DNA of 64,000 nucleotides from Parachitinimonas caeni (GTDB lineage Bacteria; Pseudomonadota; Gammaproteobacteria; Burkholderiales; Chitinimonadaceae): NCBI RefSeq assembly GCF_030129945.1, contig NZ_JARRAF010000017.1, positions 1 to 64,000 of the forward strand, read 5' to 3'. Shown piece by piece: positions 50,219 to 60,192 of this stretch (position 1 is its first letter; each line of letters starts with the position of its first letter). The notes under the pieces were generated by a model. It saw only the letters and a program-made list of their open reading frames with translations, ran no database searches and was not told where the DNA came from. The position numbers and the translations under genes were made by a program.

Positions 50219-52939
50219 CTAACTCTGGCCAAAAATGCTGGCCAGACTGGCCGACTGCTGCTTGCGTGTAGCCAGACACTGGTCGATTGACTCCAGCGCC
50301 AAAGCCAGATCGCGGGGGCCGCCTTCATACTTGTCGGCCCGTTTGCCCATAAAGCTGGCTAGTTCCTGCCGTGCTCCGGCCTCGCACAGGTGGCTGACTT
50401 TGTGCGGAAAGCCTGCCGGGTAATCGCGTGGCAGGCGCTTGGCCAGCTCGTCGAAGTTCGACTGCAGGAAGGCCCAGGTATCGGCGGCCAGCAAGGAATC
50501 GCGTCCCCCTTCGCTCAGAATGGTCATGGCTTCACGCGGATCAAGCTCGGGTGCCAGGGTCAGCTTGCGGGCTGCGGCAGCACGCCCCGGATCGCTGAAG
50601 CTGCCCAGTGCCTGATACAAGCGGCGCAACTCGGCGCGGTCTTTGCTCGTTCTGACTGCTTTGACCAGCGCATCGAACAAACTGGCGTCGCCATGCCGAG
50701 CGGCCGCGACCAGAATCGGCTCCACCAGCGAGCCGGCAATGGCCTTGCGGTCTGCCAGCCATGATCGGGCACGGCGGGTCGCTTCCTGTGCCAGCTGCGG
50801 GTCATCTCCCAGCTTGCCGATCAGCCGGATCAGGTTGGCCCGCAGCATCTGGTCGTCGTCACTCTCGCCGGGCTTTTCGTCCAGGCCCAGTGCGGCCAGT
50901 CTGGGGCCATAGATCTTGCGCACCAACGCGGCAAAGGCTGGCCGCTGTTTGGCCTCCAGCAGGCGTTCAGCCGCTTCGACGATTTCGGTGGTCTGCTCGA
51001 CCACTTCACGTCGCGGATGGGCGGCATAGCGTTCTGCAATGGCCAGAGCTTCAGTGGCTGGCAGATCACCGCTGTTGAACTGGGCTTGCACGTCGTCGAG
51101 CGTTGCCAGCAGGCCATTCAGATTCTTGCTGTCGATGGGGCCATCCAGCAGCGCCATCAGGCCGCCCTTGGGATAGATCGGCCGGTAGTAACCCACGCCA
51201 CCCGGATTGGCATCCAGCACAGTTGGGCAGCCGGCAAGGGTGATTTCTGTCTGTGGCGTTTCAATGACTTCACATTTTGTTGCGGCACCATCTGCGCTGT
51301 AGCAGAACGGCAGTGTCCAATGCTGGTTGCCACCGCCCCAGCGGCTTTGCTTGATGCTGAGCCTGGTGTTGCCGTTGTCGCAACGGCTGGTCAGATCAAG
51401 GCGGGGGATGCCCGGCTGGTCGATCAGGCTACGGAAGGAAGCCGCCACTTTCGGTGAGTCGCCGGCAACAGCCTTGATGAAGTCTTCGGCCGTGGCATTG
51501 CCCCAGGCATGGGTTTTCATGTAGCGGCGAACGCCATCGCGGAATTTCTCCGGCCCCATCCACGATTCGATCATGGTCAGCATCGCCTGGCCTTTGCTGT
51601 AGGTAATGCCATCAAAGGCATTGCCGAGATCGTGGTAAGTGGTCACCGGCTGACGAATCTTGCGGGCCGAGGCCAGGCGGTCGGCTTGCATGGCATTGGC
51701 GCGGGCGTAGGCGCTTTCGACACCCCAATTCCACTCGGGTTTGACTTGATCGGTGATCTTGTCCCCCATCCACGAGGCAAACGATTCGTTCAGCCACAGA
51801 TCATCCCACCACTTCATGGTGACGAGGTTGCCGAACCACTGGTGCGCCAGCTCGTGCGCAGCCACGGCCACATAGTCGCGTTTGAAGTGAGCGGTTTCAA
51901 ATTCGGGCGCAGCCAGCATCAGGCTGCTGCGGTAGGTGATGAGACCGGCGTTTTCCATGGCACCGAAGCCCACGGTCAGTGGCAGAACCATTGAATCCAG
52001 CTTCTCATAGGGGTAGGGCATGCCGAAGTAGCGTTCCAGCCGGTCCACGATGCTGGCAGTGACTTCTGCGGCATAGCGGGCATCGGGGCCGCGCCCTTTC
52101 GGGGTGATGAAACGGATTGGCATGTCGCGTAGCGATCCGCCATCGACCACGTCGAAGCGGCCAACGCCAAAGGCAACCAGATAGGTCGGCAATGGCTTGG
52201 TCGGGGCAAAGCGGACGATCTTCCAGCCCTTTTCAACCGGGGTCTCGGACACCATTGGCGAGTTGGCAACGGCCACATGGTCCTGCGGAACGCGCAGACT
52301 CAAGGTCCAGGGGGTTTTCCAGCCGGGTTCGTCAAAGCACGGAAAGGCGCTACGGGCGCCGGTTGCCTCAAATTGGGTGAAGGCATACCACTCGTTGCCG
52401 TCTTTCTGGCGGAACAGGCCGTCAGTGTCCTTGCCCTCGATATGGCCGGAGAAGGCCATTTCGAGCTTGGCTGTGCCGGCAGGCAACGAGCGCTTGAACC
52501 GCAGGATCACCGTGTGTTCGCTGTCTCGCTCAACCACTGCACGTTGCGGATGGCCACCTGCTGGTGTCAGCTCGGCCATGCCGATCTTCAGATCGCGGGC
52601 GGAAAGCCGGATCTGGTTGGTCGCGGCAGCCAGCTTCAGATCGATTTTGACATTACCAATATGGCTTTCACGATTGGGATTGACGGTCAGCTCGACGGCG
52701 TAGGCGGTCGGTGTGACCGACTTGTCCAGCTGCATCGCCGCTTCGCTGGTCTGGCTGGTTTCCTCGGCCTTGGCTGGGGTCGCAACAGGCGGTGCCCTCT
52801 TGGACTTGGCAGCCCGAGTGCTGTGTTTGGCTTTGGCGGGCTTCTTGCTGTGGTGACGGGCAGCTTCTGCGCCGGTGCTGGAAAGCCCCAGCGCAAGGCC
52901 GATGGCCAGGGCAATCAGGGACTGACGGGGTGTAGGCAT
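50219..52939 (-). CDS. pepN: aminopeptidase N (M1 family), secreted, with Lys/Ala-rich N-terminal extension
   Basis: HELAHQWFGNLVT...WLNESFASW (HEXXH plus E) and GAMEN. A signal peptide is followed by the basic stretch HSKKPAKAKHSTRAAKSKRAPP. Confidence 0.9.
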   Translation of the reverse strand: MPTPRQSLIALAIGLALGLSSTGAEAARHHSKKPAKAKHSTRAAKSKRAPPVATPAKAEETSQTSEAAMQLDKSVTPTAYAVELTVNPNRESHIGNVKIDLKLAAATNQIRLSARDLKIGMAELTPAGGHPQRAVVERDSEHTVILRFKRSLPAGTAKLEMAFSGHIEGKDTDGLFRQKDGNEWYAFTQFEATGARSAFPCFDEPGWKTPWTLSLRVPQDHVAVANSPMVSETPVEKGWKIVRFAPTKPLPTYLVAFGVGRFDVVDGGSLRDMPIRFITPKGRGPDARYAAEVTASIVDRLERYFGMPYPYEKLDSMVLPLTVGFGAMENAGLITYRSSLMLAAPEFETAHFKRDYVAVAAHELAHQWFGNLVTMKWWDDLWLNESFASWMGDKITDQVKPEWNWGVESAYARANAMQADRLASARKIRQPVTTYHDLGNAFDGITYSKGQAMLTMIESWMGPEKFRDGVRRYMKTHAWGNATAEDFIKAVAGDSPKVAASFRSLIDQPGIPRLDLTSRCDNGNTRLSIKQSRWGGGNQHWTLPFCYSADGAATKCEVIETPQTEITLAGCPTVLDANPGGVGYYRPIYPKGGLMALLDGPIDSKNLNGLLATLDDVQAQFNSGDLPATEALAIAERYAAHPRREVVEQTTEIVEAAERLLEAKQRPAFAALVRKIYGPRLAALGLDEKPGESDDDQMLRANLIRLIGKLGDDPQLAQEATRRARSWLADRKAIAGSLVEPILVAAARHGDASLFDALVKAVRTSKDRAELRRLYQALGSFSDPGRAAAARKLTLAPELDPREAMTILSEGGRDSLLAADTWAFLQSNFDELAKRLPRDYPAGFPHKVSHLCEAGARQELASFMGKRADKYEGGPRDLALALESIDQCLATRKQQSASLASIFGQS

Positions 52940-53030
52940 GCGGACTCCTCTGCGGTCTATTGACGGACCGCCAAACGGGGGCTGGATGTTGGCGCATCGC
53001 CCACCGGAAAATGGGATGGGTATCTGGTCA

Positions 53031-53240
53031 CTTAGGCTCTGTTGACATTTTATTTCCGGATCGCGTTTCGTCGGATTTGGGCCTGATGCAAGGCGAAAAG
53101 CGCGCCGCTTAGTGAGCTAAGCAAGCGGTTTTTAACACCGCAGCAGGCCCAAATCCGTCGAAACCCTCCGGGCCCGGCGCGAGCGGAAACAAAACGTCAA
53201 CAGAGCCTAGGTTCTGTAAACCTTACGTCAACAGAACCTG
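53031..53240. repeat. MITE-like repeat (180 bp) fused tail-to-head with a 35-bp mini-copy sharing one CTAG
   Basis: CTTAGGCTCTGTTGACATTTTATTT...AAACAAAACGTCAACAGAGCCTAG, then CTAGGTTCTGTAAACCTTACGTCAACAGAACCTGG. Confidence 0.75.
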
Positions 53241-53327
53241 GGGGAGCCGGTGACTTCTTGTCGGTGTTTGACTGCTAAAAATCGGTTTCCAGGCGCTGCC
53301 CACGGCTCTCTGACAGCCTTGAAACGC

Positions 53328-53822
53328 CTACAGGCCACACAGACTACTTAAGTAACCAAGGAAGTTGCGTGCGGCCACACGGTCGTAGCCGCCATCTTCC
53401 AGCCGGGTGGCTTGCAGGTATTGGTACAGCGCAATGACCAGTTTCATGGCTCTGGGTTCGTGATGAACATTGGTCATATTTCCCAGCCGATCAAACGTCA
53501 GGCTGGCGGCCAATTCCAGAGCGTCCAGATCAATCGCTTCAGTTTGCCGGTTGCGCTCGCCGTCCCCGGTGGCTAGCCATTCGAGCGAGCAGCCCGTCGC
53601 TCGGGCAATCTGGCTGGCACGACCCAGGCTGGGTTCAGAACCGGTCAGATACTTACGCAGCAGGCTTTCACTCAGGCTCACCCGGCGAGAAAACACCGAC
53701 AACGGCTGGTCGCCGATCAGTTCTCGCAGACGTGAGGCAAAGTCGGACACGGTTGTCAGGTTTCTGTAAATAGGGGAAAGCGGCCGAGCATAACATGGAC
53801 AAACGACGCTGCAACTATCCAA
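53328..53822 (-). CDS. XRE-family HTH transcriptional regulator (cI-like)
   Basis: HTH SQIARATGCSLEWLATG. The start codon is uncertain. Confidence 0.5.
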   Translation of the reverse strand: MDSCSVVCPCYARPLSPIYRNLTTVSDFASRLRELIGDQPLSVFSRRVSLSESLLRKYLTGSEPSLGRASQIARATGCSLEWLATGDGERNRQTEAIDLDALELAASLTFDRLGNMTNVHHEPRAMKLVIALYQYLQATRLEDGGYDRVAARNFLGYLSSLCGL

Positions 53823-54080
53823 ACGATGGAAGCTCTTTAAGCGACGCCGTTCTTGTGATGGCGCTGGCCGGCCAGGCGGCTGCTGGACTTAGGTCAATAT
53901 GCCGATGTCCCGGTATTGCTGCCTTGGTCGGACAGCCCGGCAAAAGCAAGCTGATTTGGCGAGGTTTCGCATTTGGGGTGGGCTGGTGTCATGGCGGGGT
54001 GAAATAGGTATTTCAAATCAGGCAAGTCACTTCAAATTGGTCTAATACTGAATTCAAAACCTGGCACGGGATTAAATAGA

Positions 54081-54626
54081 TTGTTTATATCCGTATTGAA
54101 CAAATACGAACGGATAGGCCCGGAATTGGATTTGTCTGAATTGGCTGTCGAGCGTTTTGTCAGCGAATGTCTGGGTCAAGATTTATTAAATACTATCCGT
54201 GAGTTAGAACAGTCTGAAGACTGGACGGCCGACCATCCGGCGCATTCGCCACGAGAGGTGGAGGAATGGCTGGATGCGCTGACGCAATTTGGTCGCGAAT
54301 CGGCTAAATACCTCGATCCGCGTTCCGGCCGGTTTTATGATTTGATGGCGCATTTAAGTTTTGGCCGCCGCATGGCGTGCCTGGCATTTATGTGGAAGCA
54401 GCATCCTGATTTTGCCGAGGTATTTACCCAGCTATTTGCCGAGGGGGACGCTATTGCCGACGCCAATTGGCAATTGGTGAGGCGTAGCGTTCTGCTGGTG
54501 GACCATCTGCTGGAAGTGAAACAGGCCGCTGAAGCAGAAAGTCGGCAGCGGCTGCGTCGGCAGGCGGTCCGGCACGATGCCGAGCCGGACGATGACTTGC
54601 CGCAACCTAACGTCAACAGAGCCTAG
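54081..54626 (+). CDS. hypothetical cytoplasmic acidic protein (first gene of the 6-gene operon)
   Basis: 181-aa ORF whose stop TAG is the CTAG of a solo repeat TIR. Confidence 0.5.
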   Translation: MFISVLNKYERIGPELDLSELAVERFVSECLGQDLLNTIRELEQSEDWTADHPAHSPREVEEWLDALTQFGRESAKYLDPRSGRFYDLMAHLSFGRRMACLAFMWKQHPDFAEVFTQLFAEGDAIADANWQLVRRSVLLVDHLLEVKQAAEAESRQRLRRQAVRHDAEPDDDLPQPNVNRA

Positions 54627-54627
54627 G
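54607..54627. repeat. solo right TIR of the MITE-like family
   Basis: CCTAACGTCAACAGAGCCTAGG. Confidence 0.5.
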
Positions 54628-54663
54628 TGGTGTTCGTGCGTTGCGGTGTCTGGAGGGTACGCG

Positions 54664-55539
54664 ATGAATCTGTCAGCCTGCCTTGACTGGCTCGGTTATC
54701 AGCGTGATTACGCCAAACTGGCGGCGATGTTTGCGGGTGGGATGGCGTTTGCGGTGATGATGCTGGCTACGGCGGGTTCGTCGGGCAAGGTGGATTCTCA
54801 GACCTGCGAGCTGAACAAGGCTGCAACCGATGGTTTGTCCATCCATACCGAGATGGCGGCGATTGCGCCGGATGCCTCGAAATATTTCTCGACCTGTCTG
54901 CACGACTGGGCCAGCCAGGATGTCGATCTCTCCGGCCTGATTACCGATTACACCGGCAAGGTGTCTGCCCAGCTGTCTTCACTCAACAAGCAATACGACC
55001 CGGCCTTGCGCAATGTCTGCCGGGCGGTACGCAGTGCTGCCGGCGATACCATCGAGAACCTCAACAACGGTCTGCAGGCACGCGGGATCGAGCCGCGAAT
55101 CAAGGCCGGGGCACAGCCTGCAGGGGGGGGAGGCGACTATGGAAGCGGTCAGGGCACTGGCGGTGGAGCGGGGGCCTTTTTGCCAGCCGGTGCTAGCGGT
55201 GGGGGCAAGACCGATGTACCGACCTTCCCCAGCGAAAGTATCAAGGGCACGAAACTCGACCTCAGCAAGATCAAGGAAGGCACGCAGGGCCTGTTCAGCC
55301 AGAACCTTGGGGAAATCCAGTCCGCCGCGCAGCGCGAATACACCGAGGCACGTACTGAGTACGACCGATTGCGCCAGAACGGCACCAAGGGGGAGGGGTT
55401 GACCGCTGCCAAGGACCGTCTGGACCGGGCCCGCGACAGCCTGCAGGCCGTCGAGAACGTCAACAGTAACTACGGGGTATCGTGGACCAAGCCGAGTGAT
55501 CTTTCAGCGCCCGGCAGCACGGCAGGAGGCAAGCAATGA
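54664..55539 (+). CDS. hypothetical membrane-anchored protein with Gly-rich linker and C-terminal coiled coil
   Basis: TM LAAMFAGGMAFAVMMLATAG, linker GGGGDYGSGQGTGGGAGAF. A GGAGGG RBS precedes the ATG at 54664. Confidence 0.5.
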   Translation: MNLSACLDWLGYQRDYAKLAAMFAGGMAFAVMMLATAGSSGKVDSQTCELNKAATDGLSIHTEMAAIAPDASKYFSTCLHDWASQDVDLSGLITDYTGKVSAQLSSLNKQYDPALRNVCRAVRSAAGDTIENLNNGLQARGIEPRIKAGAQPAGGGGDYGSGQGTGGGAGAFLPAGASGGGKTDVPTFPSESIKGTKLDLSKIKEGTQGLFSQNLGEIQSAAQREYTEARTEYDRLRQNGTKGEGLTAAKDRLDRARDSLQAVENVNSNYGVSWTKPSDLSAPGSTAGGKQ

Positions 55540-56276
55540 GACGCGGGCACTGGCTGTGGATGGGGCTGGTCATGAGCGGCATCACTACCGGCACGCTGGC
55601 CAGCTACGACATCCGCAACTGGCAGGATGCTTCGCGTGAAGCGGTGGCAGCCTGGAAGGTGGTGGACAAGCAGGAGGCGGTGATGGCCGACAAAGTGGCC
55701 GCCACGGTCAAAGCGGGGAGCGATGGTCAGGCGACGGGTGTGGTGTCGATATCGGTGAATCGCCGCATTCTGGACAAGGTGCGCGATTTCGGCCGATTTG
55801 CCGGTCAACCGCTGGCGACGTCCTGCGACACCCTGCAGCGGGATCGCTATTGGGCGCGCAGTCTGGCAGCGATGGTTGACGCCACGGCCGACAGCACACT
55901 GGCCCTGGCCAGCCGGGGGGGGCTGGATCTGCTTGAGCTGTCAAAGAGTCAGATGGATCAACACAAGCGCCTGTATTGCAGCGTGGCTGAGGCGCAGGCT
56001 CATGCCTGCGAGCTGGTGCCCACTGCCTTGCAGGGCGGCGATGCGGACTACGGCGCGTGGGCGGCTCCGCTGGTGCTGGATCGTCCGGGCATGGCGGCCG
56101 GCATGGACTATGTACAGCAGGTAGCCTCCTTGCGCAGCACGCCGGAGAGCGCCTGCAAGCAGGAGGAATGCAAGGCCATCAAGCTTGAGGACTTGTCACG
56201 CAATGCCGCCAATGCGCTGGTTGGCCATGTTCTGCTGGAGCAGCTGAAACAGCGGGGGGCCGGCGACGATGAATGA
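55536..56276 (+). CDS. hypothetical protein with N-terminal hydrophobic segment
   Basis: 4-bp start/stop overlaps with both neighbouring genes. Confidence 0.5.
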   Translation: MRRGHWLWMGLVMSGITTGTLASYDIRNWQDASREAVAAWKVVDKQEAVMADKVAATVKAGSDGQATGVVSISVNRRILDKVRDFGRFAGQPLATSCDTLQRDRYWARSLAAMVDATADSTLALASRGGLDLLELSKSQMDQHKRLYCSVAEAQAHACELVPTALQGGDADYGAWAAPLVLDRPGMAAGMDYVQQVASLRSTPESACKQEECKAIKLEDLSRNAANALVGHVLLEQLKQRGAGDDE

Positions 56277-57486
56277 GTGGCGGCGCTCTGCACTGCAGGC
56301 TTCATCTGTTCTGGACCTGCTGCCGGGGCATGGCAGGCGGGGCATGGCGGCACTGGCACTGGCAGGTGCGCTGGCCAGCGGCGCGGCATTTGCCCTGCAA
56401 TGCGGCGGGCCGGCGGAGGCGATGGTGATTGCATCGGGCATCATTCCGACGACCGAGATGACGCTGGAGTGGCTGGCCGAGGCGACTGAAACCATCGTCA
56501 AACAGCTGAATGACGATACGCGGGAGATTCTGGCGGCGATCAAGGTCAACACCAAACAGGTGGTGGTGAGCACCGACAAACTGGCTGCCGTGACCAAGGC
56601 CAGCAAGCAGGCATTGGCCAAAACCATCGTCGAAACCGACAAGGAAGCCGCCCGCCAGGATGTCATGGCGCGTTTTGGCGCAAGTACCGGCCAAGGCTAC
56701 TTTGCCTGCAAGGTACAGACCGACAGCCAGAAGCTGCGCCAGGCTTATCAGGATCTGCCTGAGCAGGTCTGGACGGCGGTGCGGGAGCTGGATGGCACCG
56801 CCGGCCGCTTTGGCGACCCGGTGAACACGTTGCGTGATCGCATCACCCGGCATATCTACGCCCACTGCACCGAAGAGGAAGCCAAGCTTGGGCTCTGTGC
56901 CAACAAAGGGCCGGCGGCAGGCGCGGATAGTGATGCCTCGCTGTTGTTCCGTCCGCTCGACCCGGACAGCGAAACCCGCAAAGGCCGGGATCTGTTTATT
57001 GCCAATGTGGTGGGCCTGCCCGACCCTTCGCCGCCGCACGCCGACGGCAAGCTGTCTCCCGAGGGCGAGTCTTATCTGTATTACAAATACCGCAAGGACA
57101 CACTGACTTCGATTCCTGCTTATAGCCTGCAGGCGGTCGCGCTGGCCAATACCCGCAGCAAGGCGCTGGATGGCAAGTCGCCAAGCGAGCTGCTGGCAAA
57201 TCGTCTGGGCCAGTATTTTGGTGGTGACGGTGCGGCGCAGTGGACGGCCTCGCTACAGCAACAGGTTGGGCGGGGGGTGCTGATTGAAGTCAACAAGTTG
57301 CATGGGCTGGAAGCCTGGCTGCGAGTGGAAGAGTACCGGCGCAACGAGCGTATCAGTGCCAATCTGGCGGCCATGCTGGCGCTGCGCGGCGAGCGTCTGC
57401 GCGAAGAGGTTCTGGCCGCGCATGTCGCGCTGGTGCGCTCGCGGACGACTGCAGCAACCATGAATTCGGCAGGGGGAAGCCCATGA
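56269..57486 (+). CDS. secreted hypothetical protein, paralog A
   Basis: Signal peptide. Shares blocks with the next gene: KLAAVTKASKQALAKTIVETD, VVGLPDPSPPH and LGQYFGGDGAAQW. Confidence 0.55.
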   Translation: MNEWRRSALQASSVLDLLPGHGRRGMAALALAGALASGAAFALQCGGPAEAMVIASGIIPTTEMTLEWLAEATETIVKQLNDDTREILAAIKVNTKQVVVSTDKLAAVTKASKQALAKTIVETDKEAARQDVMARFGASTGQGYFACKVQTDSQKLRQAYQDLPEQVWTAVRELDGTAGRFGDPVNTLRDRITRHIYAHCTEEEAKLGLCANKGPAAGADSDASLLFRPLDPDSETRKGRDLFIANVVGLPDPSPPHADGKLSPEGESYLYYKYRKDTLTSIPAYSLQAVALANTRSKALDGKSPSELLANRLGQYFGGDGAAQWTASLQQQVGRGVLIEVNKLHGLEAWLRVEEYRRNERISANLAAMLALRGERLREEVLAAHVALVRSRTTAATMNSAGGSP

Positions 57487-58664
57487 GTTTGCCGCTGGAG
57501 AGGGGATTGCCGCAGGGGCGGCGTCTGTTGCTGCTGCCTGCGCTGTTTACTTCGGCAGCGCTGGCGACCTACTACTGCCCCGACTTCATCTGGCCAATGG
57601 TCAATGCGGCGTTTCAAACCAGCCAGAATGTGATCGACCAAGGCATCCAGACCATGGTGAAGATCATTTCGAAGCAGGAGGAGCGGAATTTTCAGGAGAT
57701 CATGGCGGCGCTGAAGGTGCTGACCAAGCAGAAGAATATTTCGTCAGAAAAGCTGGCGGCCGTGAACAAGGCGGGGGATGAGGCCCTGGCAACCGTGATG
57801 GTCGAGACCGATCGTTCACGTCGTATCCAGAAAGCCTATTTTGATTTTCACCCCAAGTTCGGACAGGGCTTCGAACCCTGCAACACTTACGCGGCGTCTC
57901 GCAAGCTGACGGCAGCCGCAGATGCCCTGAGCGAAGAGGCGGCCAAGGCTGTGGGGCAGCTGGATGCCGGCCCCGGCAAGTACTTCAATCCGATCTGGAC
58001 GCGTAACCTGAGTGTGACCAATAACCTGCGCTATTGCGACAAGCAGTTGTCGAGCAACGGTCTGTGCTCGGATACGACCGAGCTGCTGGGCGAGGACAGT
58101 ATCGGTGCCAGCGTTCATTTCGGCAGCCTGCTCGATGGTGACAAGCCCAATCGGCAGCGGGCGCAGCAGGTTTTCCTCAACAATATGTTCGGCCAGCCCG
58201 ACCCACCGCCGCCCACCTTGCCTGCGAACAGCCCTCCCCATTCCCTGCACGAGATGGATGCCTACCTTGCCATCAAGCTGCGCAAGGACGCCTTGCTGGC
58301 GCCGGCCATGCAGACCATGCAGGAAATCCGCCTTGCCCATAGTCCGCGTGAAGGCGATGAACCCGGTCTGGTCAAACAGATGGATCAGCTTGCCGGGGTC
58401 TACTTTGGTGGCGATAAACATCAGGACTGGAACAAGGCCCTGGCCCGCCAGACCGAACGGGGCCTGATGGTCGAGTTGCTGAAGGTCAAGGGGTTCGATC
58501 TGATGGTGCAAGGCCAGCAGTATCGGCAATGGGAGCGGATGGAAGCCATGCTGGCCAATCTGGTTGCCAGCGAGATTGCCAACTCTCCGCTCTCTGCCAG
58601 AGTCGAGGCCAATCGCCGGGCCAGCGTTGACAGTCAGATCCGCAACCGTTCCGGAGCACCCTGA
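57483..58664 (+). CDS. secreted hypothetical protein, paralog B
   Basis: KLAAVNKAGDEALATVMVETD, MFGQPDPPPPT and LAGVYFGGDKHQDW parallel the previous gene. Confidence 0.55.
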   Translation: MSLPLERGLPQGRRLLLLPALFTSAALATYYCPDFIWPMVNAAFQTSQNVIDQGIQTMVKIISKQEERNFQEIMAALKVLTKQKNISSEKLAAVNKAGDEALATVMVETDRSRRIQKAYFDFHPKFGQGFEPCNTYAASRKLTAAADALSEEAAKAVGQLDAGPGKYFNPIWTRNLSVTNNLRYCDKQLSSNGLCSDTTELLGEDSIGASVHFGSLLDGDKPNRQRAQQVFLNNMFGQPDPPPPTLPANSPPHSLHEMDAYLAIKLRKDALLAPAMQTMQEIRLAHSPREGDEPGLVKQMDQLAGVYFGGDKHQDWNKALARQTERGLMVELLKVKGFDLMVQGQQYRQWERMEAMLANLVASEIANSPLSARVEANRRASVDSQIRNRSGAP

Positions 58665-59779
58665 TGGGGTGGCGGTGCTGGGCGGCGCTGGGCATGTTCT
58701 GGCCTTGGCTGGCGATGGCGGGCGAACAATGTCTGGTTGACCCCGCCAAGGGCAAGCTGGTGGCGGTGGCACCGTATGGCCGGTTGCCGGACGGGCGTAG
58801 CCATGCCGGCCTGGATTTCGAGCTGGCACGGGCGGGTCAGCTGCAGGCGCCTGCCGATGGCGAGATGCGTTCGACTTACCTCAGTGGCCAGGGGAATATG
58901 GTCGTGATCGAGCGTAAAAACGGCGATGCCGTGTTTCTGAGCGGCCTGGATGCCGTGCTCGAACCGAAAGAGGGCCAGCCGTTCCGGCGGAGCATCCATG
59001 CCTCAGGCGGCTTTGAAAAGGCCGGCAAGGCCAATGCCGGCAAGCCGATTGCTGTTGCCGGCCAGGCAAGCGATGCCGGCACGGCGGGGAATGAGGCTGC
59101 CAAGAGCCGCTTTCATCTGGCGTATTCCCGTGCGGCGACAGGGCGCAAGGAGCTGGATCGCTGGTTGCTGCAAGGCCGTGCCAAGGCTGACATCACGGCT
59201 ACCCATGGTTTACCGGAAGAAAAGCAGGCTTGGGAAGCTGTCGAGCCCGGCAGCCAGCTTTGCACGAGCTTTCCGCTGCAGGAGGCCGGGCAGACCGCTG
59301 GCGATACCCGCGCGCTCAGCCAGCAGCGCAAGCAAGGTGAGCTGCCGCTGGAGGAGGGGCCGCAATGGGTGGCCGCACAGGACCTGCAACGCTCCAAGAC
59401 GTCGCCCCTCAGCAATGGCAGTCGCTACGGCATGAGCAATCCAGCCCTGCCACGCCACTACGGCCAGCTCTCGTTTGCCGCCATGCTGCAGACCGAAGCC
59501 AGCCGCCGCTTCGCATCGTGGGAGTGGAACGAAGGCTTGACCCGCTGGAGTGATCGAGCACTTTGGGTGGAATACGCGCGCATGATGGCTACCACGGCAC
59601 GCCTGCGGCAGGAGATTGACCGCAAGAAACAACATGCCGAGCTGCTGCTGTCTTTATGGACCCTCTACGCGACGCAACGCGAGCTGAAACCAAGGGTCGA
59701 GGCCAATTTCCGCAGCGCGCAGGATAGCCGGATGAAGGCAATGACGAGTCAGCAGGAATCTGCACCAATCAAGAAATAA
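58664..59779 (+). CDS. secreted protein with degenerate M23/LytM-like N-terminal domain
   Basis: Signal peptide. HAGLDFE (HxxxD) and GNMVVIERKNGDAVFLSGL resemble an M23 core, but the second HxH motif is not evident. Confidence 0.45.
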   Translation: MGWRCWAALGMFWPWLAMAGEQCLVDPAKGKLVAVAPYGRLPDGRSHAGLDFELARAGQLQAPADGEMRSTYLSGQGNMVVIERKNGDAVFLSGLDAVLEPKEGQPFRRSIHASGGFEKAGKANAGKPIAVAGQASDAGTAGNEAAKSRFHLAYSRAATGRKELDRWLLQGRAKADITATHGLPEEKQAWEAVEPGSQLCTSFPLQEAGQTAGDTRALSQQRKQGELPLEEGPQWVAAQDLQRSKTSPLSNGSRYGMSNPALPRHYGQLSFAAMLQTEASRRFASWEWNEGLTRWSDRALWVEYARMMATTARLRQEIDRKKQHAELLLSLWTLYATQRELKPRVEANFRSAQDSRMKAMTSQQESAPIKK

Positions 59780-59954
59780 GCATTTGACATATATAGATTT
59801 TTGTGTTCGTGGTGCCGCCACGCAGCAAGATGTGACATTTCTTGACAGGCAACTGTGCGCGAACGCGCGGCGTCATCCAAAACATCCCACCGCTCGGCGG
59901 TTGCATGGCGCCTTCTGTCTGGTGTGAACCGATCATCCCGCCCAGTCACCGCAT

Positions 59955-59970
59955 TGGCATTGCCATTGCT
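59955..59970 (+). promoter_or_regulatory. sigma54 (-24/-12) promoter upstream of first pilin gene
   Basis: TGGCAT-TGCCA-TTGCT matches TGGCAC-N5-TTGCW. It lies 40 bp upstream of the ATG at 60010. Confidence 0.45.
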
Positions 59971-60009
59971 AAGGTAAGGCTAACCAAGAATTTTGCTGTG
60001 AGGCGTGCT

Positions 60010-60192
60010 ATGAAAAAGCTGCAGCGAGGCTTCACCCTGATTGAGTTGATGATCGTCGTGGCCATCATCGGCATTCTGGCCGCCATCGCAATAGTGCAGG
60101 CCTTGGGTTTCATCCGGCGGGCTGAAGACAAGTCAGCGCAGTCTGATGCGCGCAATTTCATCAGCGCCGCTACAGCAAACTCCAGCAACTAG
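60010..60192 (+). CDS. truncated type IVa pilin (PilA-N-like), copy 1
   Basis: MKKLQRG|[21 protein letters not shown] carries the class III prepilin leader with the G-1/F+1/E+5 site. The product is 60 aa in total, covering only the alpha-1 helix. Confidence 0.75.
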   Translation: MKKLQRGFTLIELMIVVAIIGILAAIAIVQALGFIRRAEDKSAQSDARNFISAATANSSN

